NCBI GenBank assembly: GCA_964242025.1
Contig: CAXSZW010000010.1
Span: 4,721 to 68,720 of the forward strand
DNA length: 64,000 nucleotides
Origin: an uncultured Acidobacteriaceae bacterium
GTDB lineage: Bacteria > Acidobacteriota > Terriglobia > Terriglobales > Acidobacteriaceae
Direction of reading: 5' to 3'
Under the pieces are notes generated by a model. The model was not told the origin of the DNA. It ran no database searches and was given only the letters and a program-made list of their open reading frames with translations. A program made the position numbers and the translations under genes. How positions within the stretch are numbered: position 1 is the stretch's first letter; each line of letters opens with the position of its first letter. Below are positions 39,782 through 49,687 of this stretch, piece after piece.

Positions 39782-40065
39782 ACGACCAGGGGAGTAACAA
39801 GCAGCAGGATCCCGCCGAACAAGACGGCAAATACAGCGGCAACGTAGATGACCTCCATGACCTCATGGCCGGAACACCCGGAACCGAAGAAGACGACCCT
39901 CTCGCAGCCCTCCGGAACGACCCCAACTACGCCGCTCTCATCCGCGACCTCGAACTCATCGCCGGGGAAGCTCGCCGTCTCTTCGAGCCCGCCCAGGAAA
40001 CTCCCAGCGACAAGGTCTGGGAAAACATCCAGAAGGGCCTCGCAGCCAAACCCACAGACGCCTAA
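39778..40065 (+). CDS. Small acidic protein translationally coupled to the ECF sigma gene, a possible atypical anti-sigma factor
   Basis: ATGA overlap with the sigma gene. 95 aa with no transmembrane segment and no HxxxCxxC zinc motif. Confidence 0.5.
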   Translation: MNDQGSNKQQDPAEQDGKYSGNVDDLHDLMAGTPGTEEDDPLAALRNDPNYAALIRDLELIAGEARRLFEPAQETPSDKVWENIQKGLAAKPTDA

Positions 40066-40090
40066 CACTCACCCTTCATCAAAGACAAGA

Positions 40091-40124
40091 ACGGCTGCGA
40101 GCGATCGCAGCCGTCCTTGTTTCT
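40091..40124 (+). terminator. Rho-independent terminator
   Basis: ACGGCTGCGA-GCGA-TCGCAGCCGT forms a 10-bp stem, followed by CCTTGTTTCT. Confidence 0.65.
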
Positions 40125-40158
40125 ATTCCCTATTCCCTATTCCCTATTCCCTATTCCC
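40124..40158. repeat. Heptanucleotide tandem repeat (TATTCCC) x5
   Basis: Five perfect head-to-tail copies lie between the terminator and the bshC stop codon. Confidence 0.95.
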
Positions 40159-41766
40159 TCAAAGCCTAACCACCGAGTGCCCCAGGCACATCTGCCCCGC
40201 CTCCTCCACCAGCCGGTCTACCAATCCATCCGACTGCGCCAGAAACCAGACCCCACCGATCACACGCTCCTGCAAATGCCCCGCCGGGAAAAGCTGCAGC
40301 ATCATCGCCTCCGCATGCTTCCGCAGACTCGCCTCCTTCTGCACCTCAAACGTAGCAGCCAGCCGCCGCAGCCGGTTCATCTGATACCGCATCTTGCTCG
40401 CGCTCACCGTCGCCGACCGCCCCAGGCTCTCATCCATTGCCCCCAGGTACTCGGTCAAAGCCCCCAGCTCCGCGTCCATCGCATTCCCCACCGCCGCCAG
40501 CTTCCGCTTGCCCTCAATCGGCATCGCGCGAGCTCCCAGCCGCTGCGTCAACTCACCCGCAGTCTTCGCCGCAAACAGATCCCCCAACTGCACCTCATGC
40601 TTGTCCATGACGTTCCCAACGGCCGGAGGAATCATCGTCGCGGTCAGCCGCGGCAGCACCGCCGTCACCCGCCCCAGCACCTTCTCGTACACCACCGCAC
40701 TCTGCGCAAAGTAAGCGATCTCAGCCGGCCCCCCAACATACGCCGCCGTCGGCAAAATTGCATCCTGAAACACCGGCCGCAGCAGCGCGTTCGGACTCAA
40801 CCGCTCCGGCGCCATCTCCAGTATTCCCAGCAGCTCCTCCGTCGAATACCCCCTGCTCCCTGCCTTCCACTTCCCATCAACCCGCCGCAACGCGACCCGC
40901 TCCCCCGTCCCCTCCTCCACCAGAAACAGCAGCGACGCCCCCGCCTTCACCAGCACCTGCGCCCCATACCCCAGCCCTTCAAGCTCCTTCGTCCTTCCCA
41001 GCAGAGCCTCTTCCAGCTCTCCCGCCCGCTCAATCCCTGCCCGCAAGACCTCGGCTCCCAGCGCATGAAACTCGCGCCCCGCCGCGTCCATCACCACCAA
41101 CCCATGCCCCTCGAACACCCGCGTCATGAACCGCGCGAACGCCCCCCCCAGCGTCGCTCCCGGCGCATAACACTCCCGCAGCAGCTCGCACACCGGAGCC
41201 CAGCTCAGCAGTTCGCTCGCCCGCTCCAAAACCTCTTCAACGTCTTCCCCCAGCTCAACCCCTCCAACCTCTCGCCCCGCCCCCTTCAGCCCCAGCCGAA
41301 GCGTCTCCATCTCCGTCTTCCCCGGCAGCGCCACCTGGTCCACCTCCGCCAGGTCATGATCCTCCGTCGCCAGCCAGAACACCGGCACATGCGCTACCCC
41401 GGTCGCCATCTCCGCTTCCGCCGCCCGCGCAATCGCCGTAGCCGCCTTCAACAGCGTCAGCAGCGGCCCCCCAAACAGCCCCACTTGCTGCCCCGTCACC
41501 ACCGCCCGAGCCCCCGCCCGCAGCCGCTCAATATTCGCCTTCGCCGGATCCCCCGCCCCAAACTCCTCCGCCTGCCTCGCGAGCGCATCCGCCAGCCGCT
41601 CCGCGTGCCCCACCACCACGTCCCGCCCCATCCACTCCCCACTCATCGGCGCAGCCGAGTAAAACCCACGCACCGCGCCGCCGCTCCCCATCGCCAGGTA
41701 GTCCCCATACAGCTTGGAGACATGCGGCAAAACACTCATCGGATAACACTCTGGGGTCATGGTCAC
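40159..41766 (-). CDS. bshC: Bacillithiol biosynthesis cysteine-adding enzyme BshC
   Basis: About 535 aa. SPNALLRPVFQDAILPTAAYVGGPAEIAYFAQ matches the BshC signature as I recall it, and the N-terminus LPHVSKLYGDYL fits. Confidence 0.7.
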   Translation of the reverse strand: MTMTPECYPMSVLPHVSKLYGDYLAMGSGGAVRGFYSAAPMSGEWMGRDVVVGHAERLADALARQAEEFGAGDPAKANIERLRAGARAVVTGQQVGLFGGPLLTLLKAATAIARAAEAEMATGVAHVPVFWLATEDHDLAEVDQVALPGKTEMETLRLGLKGAGREVGGVELGEDVEEVLERASELLSWAPVCELLRECYAPGATLGGAFARFMTRVFEGHGLVVMDAAGREFHALGAEVLRAGIERAGELEEALLGRTKELEGLGYGAQVLVKAGASLLFLVEEGTGERVALRRVDGKWKAGSRGYSTEELLGILEMAPERLSPNALLRPVFQDAILPTAAYVGGPAEIAYFAQSAVVYEKVLGRVTAVLPRLTATMIPPAVGNVMDKHEVQLGDLFAAKTAGELTQRLGARAMPIEGKRKLAAVGNAMDAELGALTEYLGAMDESLGRSATVSASKMRYQMNRLRRLAATFEVQKEASLRKHAEAMMLQLFPAGHLQERVIGGVWFLAQSDGLVDRLVEEAGQMCLGHSVVRL

Positions 41767-41862
41767 TCACTGTTCCAAAATCGAATTTTGCGGGATGCTG
41801 GGTCAAGCCATCATTCAGATGCGTCCGCCCCCACCCCCGACGCAGAATGATACCGTAGCCTC

Positions 41863-42516
41863 ATGAAGACCCCTAAAAAGGCCCCCAAAATTCCCGCCCA
41901 GTCAAAGCCCAGGGAATCCCCCCTCCCCCTCGTCCCCACCCCCCGCCCCCCGCTCAAAACCCACCTCACCGGCAAGGCCAAACTCCTCTCCTCCAAGGTC
42001 GCCTTCAAGGGCCGCGTCTTCCACATCACCACGGACACCGTCACCGAACCCGGCGGCGTCACCAGCACCCGCGACGTCATCCAGCACAGCGGCTCCGTCG
42101 TCATCCTCGCCGTCGACTCCGCCACGAACCCCGCAGACCCCACCATCCTCATCGAGCGCCAGTACCGCCACGCCGCCGGCAAATTCCTCCTCGAACTCCC
42201 CGCCGGCCGCATCGAACCCGGCGAGCCCGCCCTCGCCGCCGCCAAGCGCGAACTCATCGAAGAAACCGGCTTCCGTGCCCGCCGCTGGTCCCGCCACGCC
42301 CGTTATTACGCCAGCCCCGGCTTCCTCGCCGAAACCATGCAGGTCTTCCTCGCCGAAGACATCCGCGAAGGCCTTGCCCAGCCCGAGGAAGACGAGAAAA
42401 TCCAGCTCCTCCATATCCCCTTATCCGAGCTCCTCGCCATGATCCACGCCGGCAAAATCGAAGACGGCAAGACCATCCTCTCCGTCCTCCTCTACGCCGC
42501 ACGCCGCGCCAGCTAA
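41863..42516 (+). CDS. NUDIX hydrolase (ADP-ribose pyrophosphatase-like)
   Basis: Nudix box GRIEPGEPALAAAKRELIEETGF. Confidence 0.85.
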   Translation: MKTPKKAPKIPAQSKPRESPLPLVPTPRPPLKTHLTGKAKLLSSKVAFKGRVFHITTDTVTEPGGVTSTRDVIQHSGSVVILAVDSATNPADPTILIERQYRHAAGKFLLELPAGRIEPGEPALAAAKRELIEETGFRARRWSRHARYYASPGFLAETMQVFLAEDIREGLAQPEEDEKIQLLHIPLSELLAMIHAGKIEDGKTILSVLLYAARRAS

Positions 42517-42539
42517 ACCCGTTTTCATAGCAGTAAATT

Positions 42540-42730
42540 TTTTCTTCATTCCGCTCAAGTACGAAAAAAAATCCGCCGCCACACCCACTTCTGTCGTTAA
42601 GCCGACAGAACATCCCGCATCCTTCCACCTAGAACAGGTAGCAGCACGACAGGCACGTTGTTCCACCTGCGTCCTCAGCTCCGCTCCGAACGATGAGGCG
42701 GTTCTGTTCGATCGATGACGGAGGGTCTCA
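42540..42730 (+). promoter_or_regulatory. Promoter and long 5' leader of the cold-shock gene
   Basis: About 200 nt of non-coding sequence containing an AT-rich stretch that is unusual here (AAATTTTTTCTTCATT...GAAAAAAAATCC). GGAGGG Shine-Dalgarno before the GTG start. Csp genes typically carry long structured leaders. Confidence 0.35.
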
Positions 42731-42949
42731 GTGGCACAGTACAAAGGTCAAGTGAAGTGGTTCAACAACGCAAAGGGGTATGGATTTCTGGGTCGTGACG
42801 ACGGCGCAGACGTCTTCGTTCACTACAGCTCCATCCAACTGGATGGATACAAATCTCTCAAAGAAGGCGACGAGGTTGAATTCGACATCATCCAGGGAGA
42901 CAAGGGCCCGCAGGCAGACCAGGTAGCCCGTCTCAAAGCCGCCCTCTAA
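42731..42949 (+). CDS. Cold-shock protein (CspA family)
   Basis: [15 protein letters not shown] (RNP1) and VFVHYS (RNP2). GTG start. Confidence 0.9.
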   Translation: MAQYKGQVKWFNNAKGYGFLGRDDGADVFVHYSSIQLDGYKSLKEGDEVEFDIIQGDKGPQADQVARLKAAL

Positions 42950-43004
42950 CACTCACCTTCATTCATGCTTCATACTGAGAGCGGCCATCCGGTCGCTCTT
43001 CTTT

Positions 43005-44759
43005 ATGGACAACATCACCCTAGCCCGACTCCTCGACGAAACCGCCGCCCTCCTCGAAATTGACGGCGCCGACACCTTCCGCGTCCGCTCCTACCGTCGC
43101 GCCGCGGAGGCCGTCGAGCAGCAAACCACCCAGCTCGCCACCCTCGCCACACCCGAAGCTGACCCCAAGCTCCTCCTCGCCATCGCCGGCATCGGCAAAG
43201 GCATGGCCGCCAACATCCGCGACCTCGTCAGCACCGGCTCCATGCCCCTCCGCGACGAGCTCCTCACCAAGTACCGCCCCACCATGCTCGAGCTCCTCCG
43301 CCTCCCTGGCATGGGCCCCAAGACCGTCGCCCTCGTCTGGTCCGCCCTCCAGGTCGCTGACATCGACCAACTCGAAGCCGCTGCCAAAGCCGGCCACCTC
43401 AACACCCTCCCCCGCATGGGCGAAAAGTTCGTCACCAAGCTCCTCAAGGGCATCGAAGACCACCGCAAAAACTCCTCCCGCTTCCGCATCGACCACGCCC
43501 GCGACTACGCCAACCGCATCGCCGACCTCATCCTCGCCTTCCCCGGCATCGAAACCGTCACCCCCGCCGGCTCGCTCCGCCGCGGCAAGGACACCGTCGG
43601 CGACCTCGACCTCCTCGCCACCGGCCCCGCCTGCGAGCCGGACGTCGTCGCCGCTGCCGTCGAACACGTCGCCACCCTCCCCCTCATCGACAAGCTCATG
43701 GCCCGCGGCCAGAACAAGGTCACCTTCACCCTCCGCAACAACCTCCAGGTCGACGTCCGCCTCCTCCCCCGCGCCTCCTACGGCGCAGCCCTCCAATACT
43801 TCACCGGCTCCAAGCACCACAACGTCGCCCTACGCCAGCGCGCCATCAAACGCGGCCTCACCTTGAGCGAATACGCCCTCCTCCGTCTCGAAGACAACGT
43901 CATCGTCGCCTCTGAAACCGAAGCCGCCATCTACAACGCCCTCGACCTCGACTACATCCCCCCCGAGCTCCGCGAAAACTGCGGCGAACTAGAAGCCGCC
44001 GCCAACCACACGCTCCCCACGCTCATCACCCTCGCCGACCTCCACGGCGACGTCCACATGCACACCTCGGAAACCGACGGCACCTGCACCATCCGCGAGA
44101 TGGCAGAAGCCGCCCTCGCCCGCGGCCGCCGTTACATCGCCATCACCGACCACAGCAAAAACCTCGCCATGACCAACGGCATGAACGACGAGCGAGCCCT
44201 CGCCCACGCCGCCCGCGTCCGCCAGGTCAACGAAGAAATGCAGGGCCGCATCCACCTCTTCACCGGCATCGAATGCGACATCCTCGCCGACGGCTCCATG
44301 GACCTCACCGACCAAACCCTCTCCCAACTCGACATCGTCATCGCCAGCGTCCACACCAAGTTCGACCTCACCGAAGCCGAACAAACCACCCGCGTCCTCC
44401 GCGCCCTCTCGAACCCCTACGTCCGCATCCTCGCCCACCCCACCGGCCGCAAACTCCTCCGCCGCGAAGCCTACAAAATCGACCTCACCCAGGTCCTCAC
44501 CGCCGCCGCGCAGCACGGCGTCGCCGTCGAGCACAACGCCGCCCCCGCCCGTACCGACCTCTCCGACGCCAACATGCGCCTCGCCAAGAGCCTCGGCTGC
44601 AAGATCTCCATCAACACCGACGCCCACGCCATCGACGAACTCGACTACTTCAACGACGGCATCATCCAGCTCCGCCGCGCCTGGCTCACCGCGCAGGACG
44701 TCATCAACACCGCCCCCACCCCGGAAGCCCTCCAGGCCCTCCTCCGCCCCCGCCCCTGA
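43005..44759 (+). CDS. polX: DNA polymerase/3'-5' exonuclease PolX (family X polymerase plus PHP domain)
   Basis: HhH motifs (GIGKGMAANI, LPGMGPKT), GSLRRGKDTVGDLDLL, YFTGSKHHN, and the PHP domain DLHGDVHMHT...ITDHS. Confidence 0.9.
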   Translation: MDNITLARLLDETAALLEIDGADTFRVRSYRRAAEAVEQQTTQLATLATPEADPKLLLAIAGIGKGMAANIRDLVSTGSMPLRDELLTKYRPTMLELLRLPGMGPKTVALVWSALQVADIDQLEAAAKAGHLNTLPRMGEKFVTKLLKGIEDHRKNSSRFRIDHARDYANRIADLILAFPGIETVTPAGSLRRGKDTVGDLDLLATGPACEPDVVAAAVEHVATLPLIDKLMARGQNKVTFTLRNNLQVDVRLLPRASYGAALQYFTGSKHHNVALRQRAIKRGLTLSEYALLRLEDNVIVASETEAAIYNALDLDYIPPELRENCGELEAAANHTLPTLITLADLHGDVHMHTSETDGTCTIREMAEAALARGRRYIAITDHSKNLAMTNGMNDERALAHAARVRQVNEEMQGRIHLFTGIECDILADGSMDLTDQTLSQLDIVIASVHTKFDLTEAEQTTRVLRALSNPYVRILAHPTGRKLLRREAYKIDLTQVLTAAAQHGVAVEHNAAPARTDLSDANMRLAKSLGCKISINTDAHAIDELDYFNDGIIQLRRAWLTAQDVINTAPTPEALQALLRPRP

Positions 44760-44850
44760 GCTTGCATCCGTCCACACAGCTGCCCCATAGGCTGCCGGGC
44801 TAAGCTGACTTGCTCATGCGTGACCCGCAAAGCACTTCACTCCAGCGGCT

Positions 44851-46911
44851 CTAGGTCTTGACTACAGCTCGGACGCTGGGCGTTCCGTCGATGATCTTCG
44901 CCAGGTGTGTCTCGCCGCAAAGCGCCGCAAGAATCTGTCCCACGATCTGTTCGTCCACTCTGGATGCCTCATCGATCTGCACCGGGTACAAGATAGCGAA
45001 CTGCGGCCCATCCACGAGTTGCAGCCGCGATTCGACTCCCGGTGCCTGGATGGCAGTGTCAAGCCATCCTTCAACCTCACGATGTTGCTTTTCAAGCACA
45101 CTCTGATACGTCTTATAGACCGACTCAACAATCTCCCGAACAACGACCAAAGCAGGCTGGTAATCCATCCCTGCCTTGAACTTGATCGTGAGCTCGTGCC
45201 ACGCATATCCCGTTCCAGGGATCTGCTTGTAGAGCGGCGTTCCTGCTTGGAAAAGAACCGAGTTGGCAAAAACAGCGATCCGTCCCGTGGAATGAAGCTC
45301 GGTACCTGCCCCCGTCAGTTCAAGAAGATAGAAACGGACAAGGCCTACCTCAACCACTTCCCCGGTGACACCCGCAACCGTGATCCGGTCTCCTACCTTC
45401 ACACCATACCGGCCAACAATAAAGAAATATGCGGCAACCGAAAGCAGGATCGTCTGTAGCCCCACTGCGATCCCTGCTGTGATAAACCCCGCAAATGTGG
45501 CAAGCGAATTGAACTGACTGACAAAGCCGAGGATAAGCACAAGGCCGCTCAGGAATCCAATCACGATGCGCCGTATCAGCAGAATCTGCCGGCGCCGGCG
45601 CACGTCGTGGACGTACTTGATGGCTGCACGTTTCCACAACGCACTCACAACAAACAGCAGCGCGAGTACACCGATGATCGCCACCACCCGCAGCAACAGG
45701 AAACGAAAAATCGTTACTCGTTCTGCGCTGACCGATGCCCGCCAGGCTCCAAGTGTGCTCTGCGCCTGCTCGATCAGAAGAACTTCCTGACTCAGTGGGA
45801 TCGCTACATCGGAGAGAGTGGTAAAAGCATCCGTCAGGTCGTCGTACTTCTTGCGCTTCGCCTGGAGCTCGGCAGACGAATTGCCGGCGTCACTCATAAT
45901 CGACTGGCTTGCGGTAAAAGTGGCCGAGAGCACCTTCACCAGCGGAGCTCGAAGAGCATCAACTTGATCGTGAAGCAATTTGAGTTCAACCACACGTTCA
46001 TCAATCGCATGCTCGGTGCTGAGGAGTTGGAACAGCACCGTCGCCTGGGTGGTGACGCCAACTTCACGGATCGAACTCATCGTCTCAAGCGCCGGTACCA
46101 CCGCTTGATTCTGGTTGCTAACCAGTTCCGGGACGGAATGCTGTAAACGATCGATGCTTCCCTGTAAGTCGCCGGTCTCGCCTACAGATGCCGCCGCCAC
46201 CTTTTGCAGCGCCTCAGCCACGGCGTTGGTCAGCTTCAGCTGACCTTCAACATCATTCTTCTGATCCTGCAGGATGGGTCTCTGAGCCGCGCGGGCATGC
46301 GCGATCTGCTGGTCGAGCGCTGAATCCTGCGCTTGAAGATCACTGATCTGTTTGGACAACCTCCGCAGCGTGTCGGAAACCCTGCTCATCTCCTTTGGCG
46401 CTGCCTGCTCTGAAGCGGCAGCGGAGGGGATGCGAGAGATGAACTCTGCCTGGCTTCGGGCCGCGCGGAAAGCGAGCTGCCCCATCTGTGTGGCTTCACT
46501 TTGAACCTGCTGCACATAAAGGGCGTCGCTTGGCTCGCCCACCTTCTGAATCGGAGCAACGGCCATCCTGTAGTAGCGCACCATCTCACCAAGATGAGCG
46601 AGGATTGCGCGACTCTGGACCGTGGGCTCGATCCCTTGGATCAACCCAGGGGGAAACGGCGTCGGAAGCGAGAACAGCTTCTTTGCTGTTTCTGGCGTGG
46701 GTGCCGTGGGCTGACCCACCGTCGCGCCATTGGCAATCTGCAACGATGCCGAGTTCAGCGACGAGCTTGCGGCCGCCTGGACCTTTGGCTGTGCCGTCGC
46801 TTGAGCAACAGCTGGCACTTGCAACGTCAACGCCATCGCACCTGCCAGCAACCATCGAGCTGTCCAGGCAAGCTCGTTTACGGAATCGTAAAGTGTGTTC
46901 TGCAGCATCAC
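44851..46911 (-). CDS. Mechanosensitive ion channel family protein (MscS/MscK-like) with a long N-terminal coiled-coil periplasmic region
   Basis: Signal peptide, then a Q/A-rich coiled coil, then transmembrane segments, then the MscS beta-domain VGDRITVAGVTGEVVEVGLVRFYLLE. Confidence 0.8.
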   Translation of the reverse strand: MMLQNTLYDSVNELAWTARWLLAGAMALTLQVPAVAQATAQPKVQAAASSSLNSASLQIANGATVGQPTAPTPETAKKLFSLPTPFPPGLIQGIEPTVQSRAILAHLGEMVRYYRMAVAPIQKVGEPSDALYVQQVQSEATQMGQLAFRAARSQAEFISRIPSAAASEQAAPKEMSRVSDTLRRLSKQISDLQAQDSALDQQIAHARAAQRPILQDQKNDVEGQLKLTNAVAEALQKVAAASVGETGDLQGSIDRLQHSVPELVSNQNQAVVPALETMSSIREVGVTTQATVLFQLLSTEHAIDERVVELKLLHDQVDALRAPLVKVLSATFTASQSIMSDAGNSSAELQAKRKKYDDLTDAFTTLSDVAIPLSQEVLLIEQAQSTLGAWRASVSAERVTIFRFLLLRVVAIIGVLALLFVVSALWKRAAIKYVHDVRRRRQILLIRRIVIGFLSGLVLILGFVSQFNSLATFAGFITAGIAVGLQTILLSVAAYFFIVGRYGVKVGDRITVAGVTGEVVEVGLVRFYLLELTGAGTELHSTGRIAVFANSVLFQAGTPLYKQIPGTGYAWHELTIKFKAGMDYQPALVVVREIVESVYKTYQSVLEKQHREVEGWLDTAIQAPGVESRLQLVDGPQFAILYPVQIDEASRVDEQIVGQILAALCGETHLAKIIDGTPSVRAVVKT

Positions 46912-47124
46912 CTTAAATGATACGCGGATGACCCCGGCTCGTCAGGCTTCGTGAATGAACTTCCGGAGCCCGATCGTTGAGAGTGACGGTCAGGCGATTC
47001 CTCCCCGCCCCGAACCTTCGTCCTAAATTCTTCCTCATCCGCCTAAGGTCCCTCTAACATCCGCCGATAAGTGCTTCAACTCGGGGTCCCGACTAAAAAC
47101 GCATACCCCGGGAAAGGAAGGGCC

Positions 47125-47637
47125 ATGTCACTCTCCGCCATCACTCCCGTCACCTCCTCTTCGGACGCCTCCAACGCCCTGCTTAGCCTTAGCCCCATCG
47201 CCTCGGTCCCCTCGTCCACCCCATCCTCCTCCACCGCCGCCAGCAGTGAGGTCCAGGTCTCGGAATCCACCGCCGCCGCCATCCGCGCCACCGTCTCCAT
47301 CCCCTCCAGCGCCCGCTCCGTCACCCCACCCCTCTCGACGGACACCCTGCAACTCCTGCAAGACCTCAGCACCGGCAACTTCACCGCCGCCAAATCCGAC
47401 GTCGCCAAAGTCCAGCAGGATCTCCAGGCCCAGGAAGCTGCTCCCACCCCCTCCACCCAGGCCGCCTCCTCTCCCGCATCCTCCTCCAGCACCTCGGACG
47501 CCTCCATCACCAAGCTCCTCACCTCCCTCAAGGAATCCCTTGAGTCCGGCGATACCGGCAAAGCCCTCCACCTCATCACCGGCTTCCTCGCCCAAACCAC
47601 CAACTTCTCAGGAGCCATCGTCAACACCTCCGCCTAG
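47125..47637 (+). CDS. Hypothetical Ser/Ala/Thr-rich protein
   Basis: GGAAAGGAAGGG precedes the ATG at 47125. The sequence is low-complexity with two amphipathic helical stretches. The coding call rests mainly on strand-consistent wobble bias. Confidence 0.45.
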   Translation: MSLSAITPVTSSSDASNALLSLSPIASVPSSTPSSSTAASSEVQVSESTAAAIRATVSIPSSARSVTPPLSTDTLQLLQDLSTGNFTAAKSDVAKVQQDLQAQEAAPTPSTQAASSPASSSSTSDASITKLLTSLKESLESGDTGKALHLITGFLAQTTNFSGAIVNTSA

Positions 47638-47684
47638 GCTCCTCCATCGTTCCACCCTGCGCTTACCAGCCTTACCGGATGAGC

Positions 47685-47735
47685 GTGGGCTTTAGCCCCA
47701 CGAACAAGGCCGCCATAAGAAGGGGCTTCAGCCCC
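47685..47735. repeat. REP-like double hairpin element
   Basis: GTGGGC-TTTA-GCCCCAC and GGGGC-TTCA-GCCCC hairpins 20 nt apart, in a 330-bp intergenic region. Confidence 0.35.
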
Positions 47736-47968
47736 GGGCTCCTGCCGTTGCTTGTTCTTGCCCTTGCCGCCTGTTCTCTTCATCGGCAGAAATCCCACCG
47801 TCCTTACCAATTCTTCCCACCCCCAGGTAACTTTCCGACGAATAACCAAAGTAGGGTATTTCCTCCCCGCCCTCAACCCCTTGATACAGACCTAACCCCT
47901 TTCCTTTCAAATTTTTGCGCAACACTGCACTGGGGAGGGGGCCCAACCCCTCAGATACACTTCCACCC

Positions 47969-49687
47969 ATGCGCTTTCTCCTCCCGGTAACCCTCCTCCT
48001 CACCACCCTCGCCGCCGCCGCCCAGGTCCTCCCCAAAACTCCCTCCGCCACCACCAGCACCTCCAATCCCGCCCCCAACGCCCAGAACACCCCCGCAGAC
48101 CCCCTCCCCACCCCCTCCCGCTATGACGTCCTCCACGCCGCCTACGGCCCCTTTCGCGCCAATAACGACCTCCTCTACTACCACCTCACCCTCCGCGTAA
48201 ATCCCGAAACCAAAACCATCGCCGGCAGCAACCTCGTCCGCTTCCGCATGTTGGAGGACGCCACCCGCATCCAGCTCGACCTCACCGAAACCCTCCAGAT
48301 CGACCAGATCACCCTCGCAAGCACGCCCCTCAGATACACCCGCGACTCCACCGCCCTCTTCATCGACTTCCCCGAAACCCTCCACAAAGGCCAGACCTAC
48401 GAGATCGCCGTCGCCTACCACGGAGCCCCTGTCGCCAAAGGCCGCTTCGGCGGCATGACCTTCGAGACCGACCTCGCCGGCCGCCCCTGGATCACCACCG
48501 CCTGCGAAGACGACGGCTCCTCCATCTGGTGGCCCTCCAAAGACCAGTGGAAGGACGAGCCCCAGGACGGCATGGACCTCTCCATCGCCGTCCCCACCCC
48601 CCTCACCGACGTCTCGAACGGCCGCTTCGTCTCCAAAATCGTCCTGACAGGAGATCAGGCAGGCTACACCCAGTGGAACTGGCACGTCTCCTACCCCATC
48701 AACTCCTACGACGTCTCCCTCAACATCGGCGCCTACGCCCACTTTTCAGACGTCTACAAATCCAAGCAGTTCCCCCCACTCACCTTGGATTACTATGCTC
48801 TTCCCGAGGACATGCCGAAGGCTCAAAAACAGTTCCCGCAATCCCGCGACATGCTCGACGCCTTCGAGCATTACTTCGGCGAGTACCCCTTCGCCCGCGA
48901 CGGCTTCAAGCTCATCCAGGTCCCCTATACCGGCATGGAGCACCAGTCCGCCGTCACCTACGGCAACCACTTCGCCAACGGCTACCTCAACCGCGACTGG
49001 ACCGGCGTCGGCATCTCAAACCGCTTCGATTTCATCATCATTCACGAGTCCGGCCACGAGTGGTTCGGCAACTCCATCACCGCACAGGACCGCTCCTCCA
49101 TGTGGATCCACGAGGGCTGGGACACCTACCTCGAAACCCTCTTCGTCGAGTTCCACTACGGCCGCCCCGACGCCATCAAGTACACCAACGGCCTCATCCC
49201 CAAGGTCCGCAACCGCACCCCCATCATCTCCGAGCCCTGGGCCAACCAGGAGCCTCCCCAGGACATGTACTTCAAAGCCGCCCTCATGATCGCCACCCTC
49301 CGCTCCTGGCTCAACGACGACGCAAAATGGTTCACCCTCATCCACGACTTCTACCAGCACTTCAAGTATCAAAACATCCTCACCCAGGACGTCATCGGCT
49401 GGTGGAACGACCACACCGGCCTCAACCTCACCCCCTTCTTCAACCAGTACCTCCGCCACACCGAGATCCCCTGCCTCGAACTCTCCTTCAACGACGCAAC
49501 CCACACCGTCCTCTACAAATGGCAGGCCGCCGAACCCGCCTTCGCCATGCCCATCCAGGTCGGCGACCCCGCCCACTGGCAGACCATCCTCCCCACCACC
49601 ACCTGGCAAACCCTCCAGTCCCCCCTCACCAGAGACCAGTTCCAAGTCGCCACCGACCTCTACTTCGTCACCGTCTCCAAAACCTAA
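47969..49687 (+). CDS. M1 family metallopeptidase (aminopeptidase N-like), secreted
   Basis: HESGHEWFGN (HExxH) plus WIHEGWDTYLE (second Glu ligand). Signal peptide MRFLLPVTLLLTTLAAAAQ. Confidence 0.85.
   Translation: MRFLLPVTLLLTTLAAAAQVLPKTPSATTSTSNPAPNAQNTPADPLPTPSRYDVLHAAYGPFRANNDLLYYHLTLRVNPETKTIAGSNLVRFRMLEDATRIQLDLTETLQIDQITLASTPLRYTRDSTALFIDFPETLHKGQTYEIAVAYHGAPVAKGRFGGMTFETDLAGRPWITTACEDDGSSIWWPSKDQWKDEPQDGMDLSIAVPTPLTDVSNGRFVSKIVLTGDQAGYTQWNWHVSYPINSYDVSLNIGAYAHFSDVYKSKQFPPLTLDYYALPEDMPKAQKQFPQSRDMLDAFEHYFGEYPFARDGFKLIQVPYTGMEHQSAVTYGNHFANGYLNRDWTGVGISNRFDFIIIHESGHEWFGNSITAQDRSSMWIHEGWDTYLETLFVEFHYGRPDAIKYTNGLIPKVRNRTPIISEPWANQEPPQDMYFKAALMIATLRSWLNDDAKWFTLIHDFYQHFKYQNILTQDVIGWWNDHTGLNLTPFFNQYLRHTEIPCLELSFNDATHTVLYKWQAAEPAFAMPIQVGDPAHWQTILPTTTWQTLQSPLTRDQFQVATDLYFVTVSKT

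Noticed and set aside
47071-47124. The upstream alternative start of the Ser-rich ORF (47071).
   Set aside because: The ATG at 47125 is preceded by a purine-rich Shine-Dalgarno-like tract. The upstream extension adds only 18 residues with no support. The gene itself remains low-confidence.
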